A DNA stretch of 64,000 nt from an uncultured delta proteobacterium (GTDB taxonomy: Bacteria > Myxococcota > Myxococcia > Myxococcales > Myxococcaceae): the NCBI GenBank assembly GCA_963796055.1, contig CAWCKH010000003.1, positions 352,001 through 416,000 of the forward strand, in the 5' to 3' direction. Positions within the stretch are counted from its first letter, which is position 1, and every line of letters starts with the position of its first letter. Shown piece by piece: positions 39,645 to 49,517 of this stretch. Below the pieces are notes generated by a model. It was not told where the DNA came from. It made no database searches and saw only the letters and a program-made list of their open reading frames with translations. A program made the position numbers and the translations under genes.

Positions 39645-41399
39645 TCAGGAGCCGGTCGGAGAGAGGACGGCCGCGTCCGAGGCCCGAAGGTCACGGATGG
39701 TCAGCGAGACCCGGCTCCGGCCGTTCCAGGTCTCGATCGAGGGCCGAAACGCCAGGTCCACCGGGCCGTCCACCTCCGGGAGGCGCGGGCCCAGGCCCCA
39801 GCCGATGGTGTCGAGCGCCGGCGCCTCCGGGAGCACGAGCTTGAGATGCGCCACCCCGCCGTTCTTGGCGGTGACGATGCGAGCCTGGGCCTGCAGCGAC
39901 TCGGCGACGAAGGTGGGCTCCGGGTTGCCGGCGCCGAACGGACCGAGTGCGGAGAGCGCCTCGACCGCGCGCTCGGTGAGCTCGTCGGGCGAGACCACCG
40001 CGTCCACCCGGCAGCGCGGCTCCAGGTCCTCCTCGCGCAGGAGTCGCGCGGCGATGGCCTCGAAGGCGCGGCGGAAGTCGAGGAGTCGCTGCGCCTCGAG
40101 CGTCACACCGGCGGCGTGGCGGTGGCCGCCGAACTTCGTCAGGTGCTCGGCGCACTCCCTGAGCGCCTCGACCAGATGGAAGCCCTCGATGCTGCGGGCG
40201 CTCCCCTTTCCGAGGCCCCCCTGCACGCCGATGACCAGGGTGGGCTTGTGGAAACGCTCGACCACCCGGGCGGCGACGATGCCCACCACCCCCGGATGCC
40301 AGCCTTCCCCCCAGAGGACCAGGCCGCGTGCGCCCTGCCGCTCCTCGGCCTGGGCGATGGCCTCGACCAGCATCCGCCGCTCGATCTCCTGGCGCTCCTT
40401 GTTGGCCCCGTCGAGTCTGGCCGCGAGGTCGCGGGCCTCGGCGAGGCTGCGCGTCCGGAGCAGCTGCAGACCGACGGACGCGTCGTCGAGGCGGCCGGCG
40501 GCGTTGATGCGCGGGCCGAGCCGGAAACCCACCTGCCCAGCGCTCACCGCGCCTTCCGTCTCCAGACCGGCGACTTCCTTGAGCGCGCGAACGCCTGGAC
40601 GGTCCGCCCGGCCCAGCGCCTCCAGACCGTGCTGGACGAGGATGCGGTTGGCCCCGGTGAGCGGCACGACGTCGCAGACCGTGGCCAGCGCGACCAGGTC
40701 CATCAGCGGCTTGAGCGCGGGCTCGGGCCTGCGCTCGAACCAGCCCAGCGTCCGGAGCGAACGGCGGAGCGCCATGATGAGGTTGAAGGCGACACCGGCC
40801 GCGCACAGCGCCTGGGTGGGGTACTCGCAGCCGGGCTGGTGCGGGTTCAGGACCGCGGTGGCCGCGGGCAACGTCTCCGGGACGGTGTGGTGGTCGACGA
40901 TGACCACGTCCATCCCCAGCTCCCTGGCGCGCGCCACCTCGGCCACGCTGGCGATGCCGCAGTCGAGCGAGACCAGCAGCTGCGAGCCCTCGCGGGCGAT
41001 GCGCTCCACGGCGCGGACGTTGAGCCCGTAGCCCTCGTCGATCCGGTGCGGGATGTACGTCTCCGGCGGGGCCCCCACCGCGTCGAGAAACAGCGAGAGG
41101 AGCGCGGTGGAGCACACCCCGTCGACGTCGTAGTCACCGTAGAGGGTGACCTTCTCCTGCTGCACGACGGCCCGGGTCAGGCGCTCGACCGCGGCCGACA
41201 TGCCCTTCATCCGGAACGGGTCCGGGAGGTCCGTCAGCTCGTGCGAGAGAAAGCGCGCGGCGTCCTGGGGGTCGAGCACCCCGCGGGCGACCAGCACCCG
41301 CGCCGCCAGCGGGTCCAGTCCGAGCTCGATGGCCAGACGGCGCGCCGCGCGCCGCTGCGCCTCGACGTCTCGATCTCCACCCGGAAACACCCAGCGCAA
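39645..41399 (-). CDS. recJ: Single-stranded DNA exonuclease RecJ
   Basis: YGDYDVDG, DCG, VDHH, ATVCDVVPL, PRINAAGR and FGGHRHAAG; TTG start with GAGGAG RBS. Confidence 0.95.
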   Translation of the reverse strand: MRWVFPGGDRDVEAQRRAARRLAIELGLDPLAARVLVARGVLDPQDAARFLSHELTDLPDPFRMKGMSAAVERLTRAVVQQEKVTLYGDYDVDGVCSTALLSLFLDAVGAPPETYIPHRIDEGYGLNVRAVERIAREGSQLLVSLDCGIASVAEVARARELGMDVVIVDHHTVPETLPAATAVLNPHQPGCEYPTQALCAAGVAFNLIMALRRSLRTLGWFERRPEPALKPLMDLVALATVCDVVPLTGANRILVQHGLEALGRADRPGVRALKEVAGLETEGAVSAGQVGFRLGPRINAAGRLDDASVGLQLLRTRSLAEARDLAARLDGANKERQEIERRMLVEAIAQAEERQGARGLVLWGEGWHPGVVGIVAARVVERFHKPTLVIGVQGGLGKGSARSIEGFHLVEALRECAEHLTKFGGHRHAAGVTLEAQRLLDFRRAFEAIAARLLREEDLEPRCRVDAVVSPDELTERAVEALSALGPFGAGNPEPTFVAESLQAQARIVTAKNGGVAHLKLVLPEAPALDTIGWGLGPRLPEVDGPVDLAFRPSIETWNGRSRVSLTIRDLRASDAAVLSPTGS

Positions 41400-41571
41400 C
41401 CCACCGCTCCTCTCGCCCCCAAACACCCGTTGTTGCGAGTGTTCGTACCGGAGTGGTCTGACAGCGGACGACATCCACCCGCGCCGGATCAGCCGGACGA
41501 TCGAAGGACCGGGAGATGCGGGCGCGTGCGTCGCCAGGACGATCAGCCCGGACCTCTTGCCGCAGGCCCGC

Positions 41572-42297
41572 TCAGGCCGGCTGGACGGCACCGATGCGGA
41601 TCCCCAGCGTGACCTCGCCGCGGTAGCCCAGGCCCATCTGTCCCTCGAGCGGGACGAGCAGCTCGCTCTGGCCGCCGTAGATGGGGTCCGTCGCATTCCG
41701 CGTGTCACGCGGCCCGCGCCCGACGTATGGCGCGGTGGCGAGCACCGCGTCCGTCACCGCGTCGTCGAAGAAGAGCTGGGTGCTGACGTCGGTGGTGGGT
41801 TCACCGAACACGTCGAAGAGGCGCACCCGGGTGTGGATGTGCACGGCCCGACCCGCATACCAGCCCGGGAAAACCGTGGAGAAGGTGACCTGCCCCGACG
41901 GGTCCGTGACCTGGTAGCCGCGGAGGAAATCCCGACCACCCGTCCCGCGCTCCGGGACGTCCGAGTAGACGCCCGAGGCGTCGCAGTGCCAGACGTCCAC
42001 CCGGGCGCCACGGACGGGGCGGCACCGGTCCTCGAGCGCGGTGACCACCCGGATCGCGAGCTGGAGCAGGACCCCGGAGCGCGGCTCGGCCTCCGTGCCC
42101 GCCGTGTCCCAGCGCAGATCCGAGCGGTGAAGCGGCGAATCCCGCCAGTACGGGCCGGGGGTCAGCTCGCGGGCCAGCGCACAGGGTGGCGCCTCGGGAG
42201 CGGTCCCGCAGCCGGCCACGAGCAGGACGCCCGCCCGCCCCAGCAGGGCGAGCGCCTCGCGGCGGTCGAGCCCTGACCGTGGACGCCCCGGTGCCAT
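41572..42297 (-). CDS. Tat-exported intradiol ring-cleavage dioxygenase-like lipoprotein
   Basis: DRREAL twin-Arg and LVAGC lipobox; GPY, VDVWHCDASGVY, FLRGYQVTD and PGWY..RAVHIH. Confidence 0.85.
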   Translation of the reverse strand: MAPGRPRSGLDRREALALLGRAGVLLVAGCGTAPEAPPCALARELTPGPYWRDSPLHRSDLRWDTAGTEAEPRSGVLLQLAIRVVTALEDRCRPVRGARVDVWHCDASGVYSDVPERGTGGRDFLRGYQVTDPSGQVTFSTVFPGWYAGRAVHIHTRVRLFDVFGEPTTDVSTQLFFDDAVTDAVLATAPYVGRGPRDTRNATDPIYGGQSELLVPLEGQMGLGYRGEVTLGIRIGAVQPA

Positions 42298-42368
42298 GTC
42301 CCGGAGACACCGGACCCGCGCATCGGTGCGGACGCGACCATGCCGGTTGACATGACCCAGCTGCCGCT

Positions 42369-43526
42369 CTAGGCGGCGCGCACCTTCATCGCCCCGCTGG
42401 CGGCCTTCTTCTTCGCCGCGCGCTCGTCGAGCCAGATGGTCAGCGGGCTGGCGATGTACACGCTGGAGTACGTGCCGACGATGATGCCGATCAGCATCGC
42501 CATCGCGAAGTCCCAGATCTCCCCCACCCCGAAGATGAGCAGGCCGACCAGTGACAGCGCGGTCACGCCCGAGGTGAGGATGGTGCGCGACAGGGTGTCG
42601 TTCACCGCGATGTTGATGATCTCCGGGAGCGGCTTGCCCTTGTACCGGGCCATCTCCTCGCGGATCCGGTCGTAGACCACGATGGTGTCGTTGATCGAGT
42701 AGCCGGTGATGGTGAGCAGAGCCGCGATCGAAGTCAGATTGAACTCGCGGCGGCTCACCAGGTAGTAGCCGCTGACCATGATCACGTCGTGGACCATGGC
42801 CAGCAGCGCACCGGGCCCGAACTTGAAGTCGAAGCGGAACGCGACGTACACCAGGATCGCCAGCATCGCGTAGAGCAGCGCGGCGATGCCCTTGTTCCGC
42901 AGCTGGTTTCCGACCTGCGGGCCCACGTAGTCCACCCGCTGCACCTTGAAGTCGGGCTGGGCGAGCCCCTTGGCCATGGCGGCGGTGATCCGATCGGCCA
43001 TGCCCGAGGCGACGATCTGGTAGTCCTCTCCCCCGCCCTGCGCGGCGCCCAGGTCGCGGACCTCCTTCACCCCGGTGCCGGAGGCGGAGACCGCCTGGCG
43101 GACCCGGTCCGGATCCACCTTCTGCGCCGAACGGAAGTTGATCAGCCCGTTCTGCACGTCGGCGTGGAGGTTGCTGATTCCGCCGAGCGCCTCCAGCGCC
43201 TGCCGCGCGGTCACCGCGCTCTCCGCGGTCAGCTGGGTCACGCCCCCCAGCCGGAGCAGGTAGCTGTTGTCGCCGGAGGAGCCGATGCCCTGCACGCTCA
43301 CGTCGTGCAATCCGGCCTTCTCGGCACGGGAGCGCACCTCGTCGGGGCGGATGGGGTGAGCGAACTTGAGCTCCACCACCGTGCCACCGGCGAAGTCGAC
43401 CCCGAAGTTGAAGCCGAAGATGGCGATGCCCACCAGGATGGCGAGGTTCAGCACCGAGCTGATGAACAGCGCGGGCTTCCGCTTCCCGATGAAGTCGATG
43501 TTGGTCTTGTGCTTGATGATCTGCAT
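42369..43526 (-). CDS. secF: Protein translocase subunit SecF
   Basis: FGVDFAGGT, VGPQVG, HD, GYSINDTIVVYDRIRE and GTYSS. Confidence 0.95.
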   Translation of the reverse strand: MQIIKHKTNIDFIGKRKPALFISSVLNLAILVGIAIFGFNFGVDFAGGTVVELKFAHPIRPDEVRSRAEKAGLHDVSVQGIGSSGDNSYLLRLGGVTQLTAESAVTARQALEALGGISNLHADVQNGLINFRSAQKVDPDRVRQAVSASGTGVKEVRDLGAAQGGGEDYQIVASGMADRITAAMAKGLAQPDFKVQRVDYVGPQVGNQLRNKGIAALLYAMLAILVYVAFRFDFKFGPGALLAMVHDVIMVSGYYLVSRREFNLTSIAALLTITGYSINDTIVVYDRIREEMARYKGKPLPEIINIAVNDTLSRTILTSGVTALSLVGLLIFGVGEIWDFAMAMLIGIIVGTYSSVYIASPLTIWLDERAAKKKAASGAMKVRAA

Positions 43527-43528
43527 CG

Positions 43529-45296
43529 TCAGACCGAGACCGTCCGGGCTCCACGCCCGTGGACGAAGTAGGTGGTGATCGCCCGGGTCACGACGATCGA
43601 GGTGAACAGCGAGGCCACCAGCCCGATGATCAGCGAGGTGGCGAAGCCCCGCACCGGACCCGTCCCGGTGGAGAGCAGGATGAACCCGGCGATCAGCGTG
43701 GTGACGTGGGCGTCGAAGATGGTCCAGAACGCGCGGTCGTAACCCTGGTCCACCGCCGCCCGGGCGGTCTTCCCCGCGGCGAGCTCCTCACGCACCCGCT
43801 CGTTGATCAGCACGTTGGCGTCCACCGCGATGCCCAGGGTGAGCACGAAGCCGGCGATGCCCGGCAAGGTCAGGGTGGCGTTGAACAGCGCCAGTCCCGC
43901 CAGGATGAGCAGGCCGTTCAGGATCAGCGCCACGTCGGCGATCATCCCCGACTTCCGGTAGTAAACCGCCATGAAGGCCACCACCAGTCCCAGGCCGACG
44001 ATCGCCGCCAGGCTGCCCTTGCGGACCAGCTCCTCGCCCAGGCTCGCCCCGACCTGACGGATCTCCCCGGTGGTCACGGGGGCCGGCAGGGCCCCGGCTC
44101 GGAGCACCAGCTCGAGGTTCTTCGCCTCCTGGTACATCTGCTCGTCGGTCTTGCCCAGCGAGCGACCCATGGTGATGCGGGCCCGCCCGTTGGGGATGCG
44201 CTCGTTGATCCGGGGCGCCGAGTTCACGTTGTCGTCGAGCACGATCGCCATGTACCGGCCCACGTTGTCCCCGGTGAGCTTCCCGAACTCGATGCCCCCC
44301 TGGGTGTCGAACGAGAGGTTGACCTCGAAGTCGTTGCTGTTCTGGCTGCGGTTGGCGTCGGCCCCGGCGAGGCTCTCGCCGGTGAGGGGCACTGCCTTGT
44401 CCACCAGGTAGGCCAGGTAGCTGTCGCAGGTTCCCTTCTGGGCCTGCGCGCTGACGCACTGGAGAAGGACCTGCCGATCGGAGGGAACGTCCTGCCGGGC
44501 ATAGGCCAGGAGCGCCTCGCGGTCCTTGCCCTCGAGCTGCTCGTACCCGTTGGGCTTGACCAGCCGGATGCCCGAGTCCGCCGAAGGCGGATGCTTGGAC
44601 ACCAGCTGGCTGAAGAAGGTGCTCTTCTCGTCCACCATCCGGAACTCGAGCTGGGCGGTGGTGCCGATCAGCTCCTTGGCCTGCTCCGGATTCTGCTGGC
44701 CGGGGAGCGAGATTCTGGATCGAGTCGGTGCCCATCTTCCGCACGTCCACCTCGGCGACGCCCCACTTGTCGATGCGGCGGCGGATCACCAGCATCGCCT
44801 GGTCCACCGCGTCCTCGCGGAAGCGCGACACCTGGGTGTCCTTCAGCTGGTAGGTGAGTGTCTCGGGGGTCCGGCCGGTCCGGGTGAAGTCGTCGAAGCC
44901 CTTCAGCTCCTTCTCCACCCGGTCCAGCGCCGCCGCATCGGGGGCCTTCAGGGTGAGCTCGAGCTTCTCCGGATCGGTGCTGTAGGTGACGCCCTCGATC
45001 TTCTGGTCCTTGAGGTAGTTCACGATCTGCAGACCCCGACGCTCCACCCGCTTCTGGAGCGCGGTCTGGGTGTCCACCCGCATCACCATGTGGATGCCAC
45101 CCTGCAGGTCGAGGCCGAGGTTCAACCGGTGCTTGGCGCTCGGCGCCCAGCGCGGCAGCTTCGACTGGAGCAGCTTCTCGTCGTTCCGCTGCGACTTGGG
45201 CAGCACGAAGAACGAGTAGTAGGTGGGGATCAAGTACCAGATCGCGCCGAGGGTGACGGCGATGATGATCGCCCACCGACCCCACTGACGACCCAT
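43529..45296 (-). CDS. secD: Protein translocase subunit SecD, interrupted by a +1 frameshift at about 44713
   Basis: LGLDLQGG and RRRIDKWGVAE in one frame; AIVLDD, LRAGALPAP and DANVLINER in the next. Deleting one T at 44713-44714 gives ...IQISLPGQQNPEQAKELIGTTAQLEF... and 589 codons. Confidence 0.93.
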
Positions 45297-45646
45297 CACT
45301 TGGACTCCTTCTCCGCCTTGGCGTCGTCGGACTTCGCCGACTCGGCCGGATCCTTCAGGACGCTCTGCACCGAGGTCTTGAGCACCCGGAGCTTGACGTT
45401 GTTCGCGACCTCGATCTGAACCTCGCGATCAGCGACCAGGAAGATGCGGCCGATGATGCCGCCCTGGGTGACCACCACGTCGCCCTTCTTGAGGTTGGCG
45501 AGGAGGGCCTTGTGCTCCTTCAGCTGCTTCTGCTGGGGCCGGATCATGAGGAAGTACATGATCGCGAACATCCCGGCGATGAAGATGAAGAGCGACGATG
45601 GGCTTCCGCCGGCCGCCTGGGCCAGGAGGACTTGGTGGGTGAACAC
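45296..45646 (-). CDS. yajC: Preprotein translocase subunit YajC
   Basis: MYFLMIRPQQK and LKKGDVVVTQGGIIG. Confidence 0.95.
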   Translation of the reverse strand: MFTHQVLLAQAAGGSPSSLFIFIAGMFAIMYFLMIRPQQKQLKEHKALLANLKKGDVVVTQGGIIGRIFLVADREVQIEVANNVKLRVLKTSVQSVLKDPAESAKSDDAKAEKESK

Positions 45647-45919
45647 GGGGGTGGACTCCGTCAGGGCCTCTCGAACCGGGGAATCGTGAGAGGGCGCGCA
45701 TCCTTAGCAAGAGCATGACCCGGACGACAAGGCACGTCGCTCCCCTCCCCGGCAGGCGAGCACGGGCCCCGGGCAGGATCAGAACTGGATCAGACCCGGC
45801 CCTCTGAACGGACGTTCAACACCCCGGAGTTGCCCGAGATTCCTGGTTGGATTGGCTCGAGACCGGCAGGCGGGCGCCCTCGCCGCATCCCCGCGCGCAT
45901 GGGGCGGATCAGCCAGGGC

Positions 45920-47047
45920 CTATTCAGCAGCCGGCACCCGGCCCGCTTCCCGCGCCCGGACGTCCTCCACGAACGCGCCGAGGCGGTCCTCGTCGATGGC
46001 CCGGCGCGCCTCGCGCATCAGCTCGAGGTAACGGTGCAGGTTGTGGAGCGTCGCCAGCCGCAGCGCCAGCAGCTCGTCGGCGGCGAAGAGGTGCCGGAGG
46101 TAGGCCCGGGAATGCGTGCGGCAGGTGTAGCAGCTGCATGCCGGGTCGGCGGGCCGCTCGTCCCGGGCGTGCACCCGGTTGCGGAGGTTGAGGCGGCCCT
46201 GGGTGGTGAAGAGCAGGCCGTTGCGCGCGCACCGGGTAGGGAGCACGCAGTCGAACATGTCCACCCCGGCGGCGATCGCGGTGACGAGGTCCACCGGGGT
46301 CCCCACGCCCATGAGGTACCGCGGCCGGTCCTCGGGGAGCAGCGGCGCCACCTCGGCCACCGAGGCATGCATCTCCTCGGGACGCTCGCCGACGGAGTAG
46401 CCCCCGAGCGCGTAGCCCGGGAGCTCCACCGCGCAGACCTCGTCGACGTGCCGGCGCCGGAGCTCGAGGTCCAGCCCTCCCTGGACGATGCCGAAGAGCG
46501 CGCTCCGGCCGCGGCTCCAGGCGCCCGCGCAGCGGTGCAGCCAGCGCGTCGTCCGGGCGAGGCTCTCCTCGAGGTACGCCCGCTCGGCCCTCGACGGCGG
46601 GCACTCGTCGAAGGCCATGACGATGTCCGCGCCGAGCGTCTCCTGGATCTGGATCGACCGCTCCGGCGTCAACAGCCAGCGGCTTCCGTCGAGGTGCGAC
46701 TGGAAGCTCGCCCCCTCCTCGGTGATTCTTCGATTCTGGGCGAGGCTGTAGACCTGGAATCCTCCCGAGTCGGTGAGGATCGCCCGGTCCCAGGCCATGA
46801 AGCGGTGCAGCCCCCCGAGCGCACCGACCAGCTCCTCGCCCGGCCGGAGCATCAGGTGGTAGGTGTTGCCGAGGACGATCTCCGCCCCCAGCGCGTGAAG
46901 GTCGTCCTGGCCGACGGCCTTCACCGTGGCCTGGGTGCCCACCGGCATGAACACCGGCGTCTCCACCGTCCCATGGGGGGTGTGCAGCCGCCCGCGGCGG
47001 GCGTGGCTCCCGGCGTCCCGGTGAAGCAGCTCGAAGCGAACGCTCAA
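45920..47047 (-). CDS. tgt: tRNA-guanine transglycosylase
   Basis: TPVFMPVGT, NTYHL, TDSGGFQV, GIVQGG, DMFDCVLPTR and the Zn motif CSCYTC...H; the TTG start overlaps the queA stop. Confidence 0.96.
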   Translation of the reverse strand: MSVRFELLHRDAGSHARRGRLHTPHGTVETPVFMPVGTQATVKAVGQDDLHALGAEIVLGNTYHLMLRPGEELVGALGGLHRFMAWDRAILTDSGGFQVYSLAQNRRITEEGASFQSHLDGSRWLLTPERSIQIQETLGADIVMAFDECPPSRAERAYLEESLARTTRWLHRCAGAWSRGRSALFGIVQGGLDLELRRRHVDEVCAVELPGYALGGYSVGERPEEMHASVAEVAPLLPEDRPRYLMGVGTPVDLVTAIAAGVDMFDCVLPTRCARNGLLFTTQGRLNLRNRVHARDERPADPACSCYTCRTHSRAYLRHLFAADELLALRLATLHNLHRYLELMREARRAIDEDRLGAFVEDVRAREAGRVPAAE

Positions 47048-48120
47048 GGAACCGCTCCCGCGGCGATGAACGTCGCGTCCCCGTAGCTGAAGAACCGGTA
47101 GCGCTCGGCGACCGCGGCCCGGTAGGCGGCGAGCACACGCTCGCGGCCGGCGAATGCCGCCACCAGCATCAGCAAGGTGGAGCGCGGGAGGTGGAAGTTG
47201 GTGAGCAGCGCGTCCACCACCTGGAAGTCGTACGGGGGCCGGATGAAGAGCTGCGAGGAGCCCGTCCCGGCGCGCACCCCGGCGCCGTCGACCGCGCTCT
47301 CCAGGGTCCGCACCACCGTGGTCCCTACCGCCACGATGCGTCGCCCCTCGCCCCGGGCCCGGTTCACCGCCGCGGCGGTGTCCTCGGGGACGTGGTAGCG
47401 CTCGGCGTGCATCCGGTGGGTCGACTCGTCCTCGCCACGCACCGGGAGAAAGGTCCCCGGCCCGACGTCGAGGGTGACGAACCGCCGCTCCACGCCGCGG
47501 GCCCCCAGCTCGGCGAACGTCTCGGCGGTGAGGTGCAATCCGGCGGTCGGCGCGGCGACCGAGCCAACCACCCGCGCGTACACCGTCTGGTACCGGGTGC
47601 GGTCCAGGGCGGTGGGCTCGCGCGCCACGTAGGGTGGAAGCGGGACCTTCCCTGCCCGTTCCAGCAGTCCACCCACCGACCCCTCGGCCTCGAAGCGCAC
47701 GCGGAGCTCGCCCTCGCCCGGCGCCTCCAGCACCGTCGCCGAGCCACCCTCGAGCTCGACCACCGTCCCTGGCCGGAGCCCCTTGCTGGCCTGGCCGAGA
47801 CAGATCCAGCTCAGCGCACCGGCCGGACCGGAGAGCGCTCCGTCGGCGTCGACGTCGGCACCGGGACGAACCAGCAGGAGCTCCACCCGACCGCCGCTCC
47901 CCTGCTTCCGCCCGAGGAGCCGGGCTGGAACCACCCGGGTGTCGTTGAGAACCACGAGGTCGCCCCGGCGGAGCAGCCCCGGCCAGTCCCGGAACCGGCG
48001 GTGGGCGACCGCACCCGAGGTCCGGTCGAGCACCAGGAGCCGCGAGGCGTCGCGCTGCTCGAGCGGAGCCCGGGCGATGAGCGCCCCGGGGAGGTCGAAG
48101 TCGTAGTCGGAGACGGGCAA
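47044..48120 (-). CDS. queA: S-adenosylmethionine:tRNA ribosyltransferase-isomerase
   Basis: DYDFDLP, LNDTRVVPARL, PLPPY, YQTVYA, AAPTAGLH, TNFHLPRSTL and YRFFSYGDA. Confidence 0.96.
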   Translation of the reverse strand: MPVSDYDFDLPGALIARAPLEQRDASRLLVLDRTSGAVAHRRFRDWPGLLRRGDLVVLNDTRVVPARLLGRKQGSGGRVELLLVRPGADVDADGALSGPAGALSWICLGQASKGLRPGTVVELEGGSATVLEAPGEGELRVRFEAEGSVGGLLERAGKVPLPPYVAREPTALDRTRYQTVYARVVGSVAAPTAGLHLTAETFAELGARGVERRFVTLDVGPGTFLPVRGEDESTHRMHAERYHVPEDTAAAVNRARGEGRRIVAVGTTVVRTLESAVDGAGVRAGTGSSQLFIRPPYDFQVVDALLTNFHLPRSTLLMLVAAFAGRERVLAAYRAAVAERYRFFSYGDATFIAAGAVP

Positions 48121-48156
48121 CGAGGCCCGTCTTGTGAGGCAGGCACGCACCCCCGG

Positions 48157-49065
48157 TCAAGGGCCGCCGGCGGGCGCGGCCGCTGGCTGCACCTCGACCA
48201 CCCCCCAGAGCATCGAGCGGTCCTCGCCGGCGACGTTGGTCGCACTGGCGCCCAGGGGCTCGCCGAAGCTGCGGAGAACCTGGATGGCGCCTGGCTGGGC
48301 CGCGCGCTCCACCGCCGCCAGCAGGCGGTCCCGGTACTCGGAGGGCGCGCCATCCAGGACGTTGGACAGGCTGAAGCCGCCGTAGCTGCCGGGCTCGCAG
48401 GACTCGAGGTAGGCCGCGGCGTCGGAGCAGACCAGGTCGATGGGATGGCGCGAGAGAGGCGGAGCGGGCGCCGTCTCGCCGAGCAGGAGCACGCGGGCGT
48501 ACGGGTTGGAGGCGTTGGGGTGCCGGGCGAAGCACCGCTCCATCCGGCTGCGCATCACCCGTCCGAAGTGGCCGGGCAGGGCCTGCAGGAACGGCGAGGC
48601 ATAGACCGCGCGGAGGCCGGTCACCGAGAGCAGCAGGTCCAGTCCCGCCCGGAAGCGACGCGTGTCCAGCCGCTCCTTCCAGAAGGCGAGCTGCGCCTCG
48701 ACCGAGTCGAAGGCCAGGAACCGTTCGACGTCCCGCCGGCGCCACCCGGCGAGCGGAAGCAGCGCACGTCCGAAGGCGAGCAGGCGCTCGGCGCTGCCCA
48801 CCCGCGCCGGAGCACCGGCGATCCGTGCCCTCGCGTAGTCGAGCTGGACGGGGTTGATGTCCACCGCGGTCACCGGATGCCACGTGGCGAGGGCCAGCGC
48901 GGTGTCGCCCGCGGAGGCGATGCAGAACACCGGCGCCCCGGGTGGAAATGCGCGGAGCTCGACCTGGGGATCCTCGTACATCTGGCCAAAGAGGATCCGC
49001 CGCGGGCCAGTGCGCTGATCGAAGCGGCCACCCGCCCAGGGCGTGTCGCCGGCGGTGGCGGTCAC
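48157..49065 (-). CDS. DUF3419/BtaA-like SAM-dependent (3-amino-3-carboxypropyl transferase-like) protein
   Basis: MYEDPQVE, CIASAGDTALAL, AVDINPVQL and LSNVLD resemble the BtaA/DUF3419 pattern; the GTG overlaps the upstream stop. Confidence 0.7.
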   Translation of the reverse strand: MTATAGDTPWAGGRFDQRTGPRRILFGQMYEDPQVELRAFPPGAPVFCIASAGDTALALATWHPVTAVDINPVQLDYARARIAGAPARVGSAERLLAFGRALLPLAGWRRRDVERFLAFDSVEAQLAFWKERLDTRRFRAGLDLLLSVTGLRAVYASPFLQALPGHFGRVMRSRMERCFARHPNASNPYARVLLLGETAPAPPLSRHPIDLVCSDAAAYLESCEPGSYGGFSLSNVLDGAPSEYRDRLLAAVERAAQPGAIQVLRSFGEPLGASATNVAGEDRSMLWGVVEVQPAAAPAGGP

Positions 49066-49457
49066 GGAGCCGCCGTCCCCTGCGCCGCGGCCACCCACAT
49101 CAGGACGATCAGTGCCGCGTTCTTCACCACCATCCCCCCCGGGTCGTGGATGAGCTTGCGGGCGAAGAGGAGCCCGTTGGCGTTCATCCCCACCAGGAGC
49201 ACGGTCTGCACCACCGCGGCCCAGACCGGCTCCCAGCCGGAAAGCACCCACACCCCGAGCAGGGACTCGAGGATGCCCAGCCCCTTGAGGAACGGGGGTC
49301 CTGCGCTGGGTCCGAGGAAGGGGACCGCTTCGACGATCCGCTCCTGCTCGGGAAGCCGGCCCAGCACCTTGCACCACAGCCCCTCGTACAGCCACACCGC
49401 GGCGATGGCCGAGCGGACCAGCACCGGCGGGGGCATCAGGTCGATCGCGAGATTCAT
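49062..49457 (-). CDS. DoxX-like membrane protein
   Basis: AAVWLYEGLWCK, GILESLLGVWVLSG and VVKN; four hydrophobic segments. Confidence 0.75.
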   Translation of the reverse strand: MNLAIDLMPPPVLVRSAIAAVWLYEGLWCKVLGRLPEQERIVEAVPFLGPSAGPPFLKGLGILESLLGVWVLSGWEPVWAAVVQTVLLVGMNANGLLFARKLIHDPGGMVVKNAALIVLMWVAAAQGTAAP

Positions 49458-49517
49458 CGTGGACGCTACAGAGCACGTGCCGGTCCGAGTTTCACCGGCC
49501 TTCGGCTGCCACGCCGG

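Noticed and set aside
43529..45296. secD as a true pseudogene or split gene
   Set aside because: A single extra base explains the break, both halves are otherwise intact, and the operon is complete. A sequencing error is more likely.
45647..45919. tRNA or known riboswitch in the tgt-yajC gap and other intergenic gaps
   Set aside because: I could not identify a cloverleaf, T-loop (GTTCRA in a stem) or recognisable aptamer consensus by eye. An Infernal/Rfam scan would be needed to exclude one.
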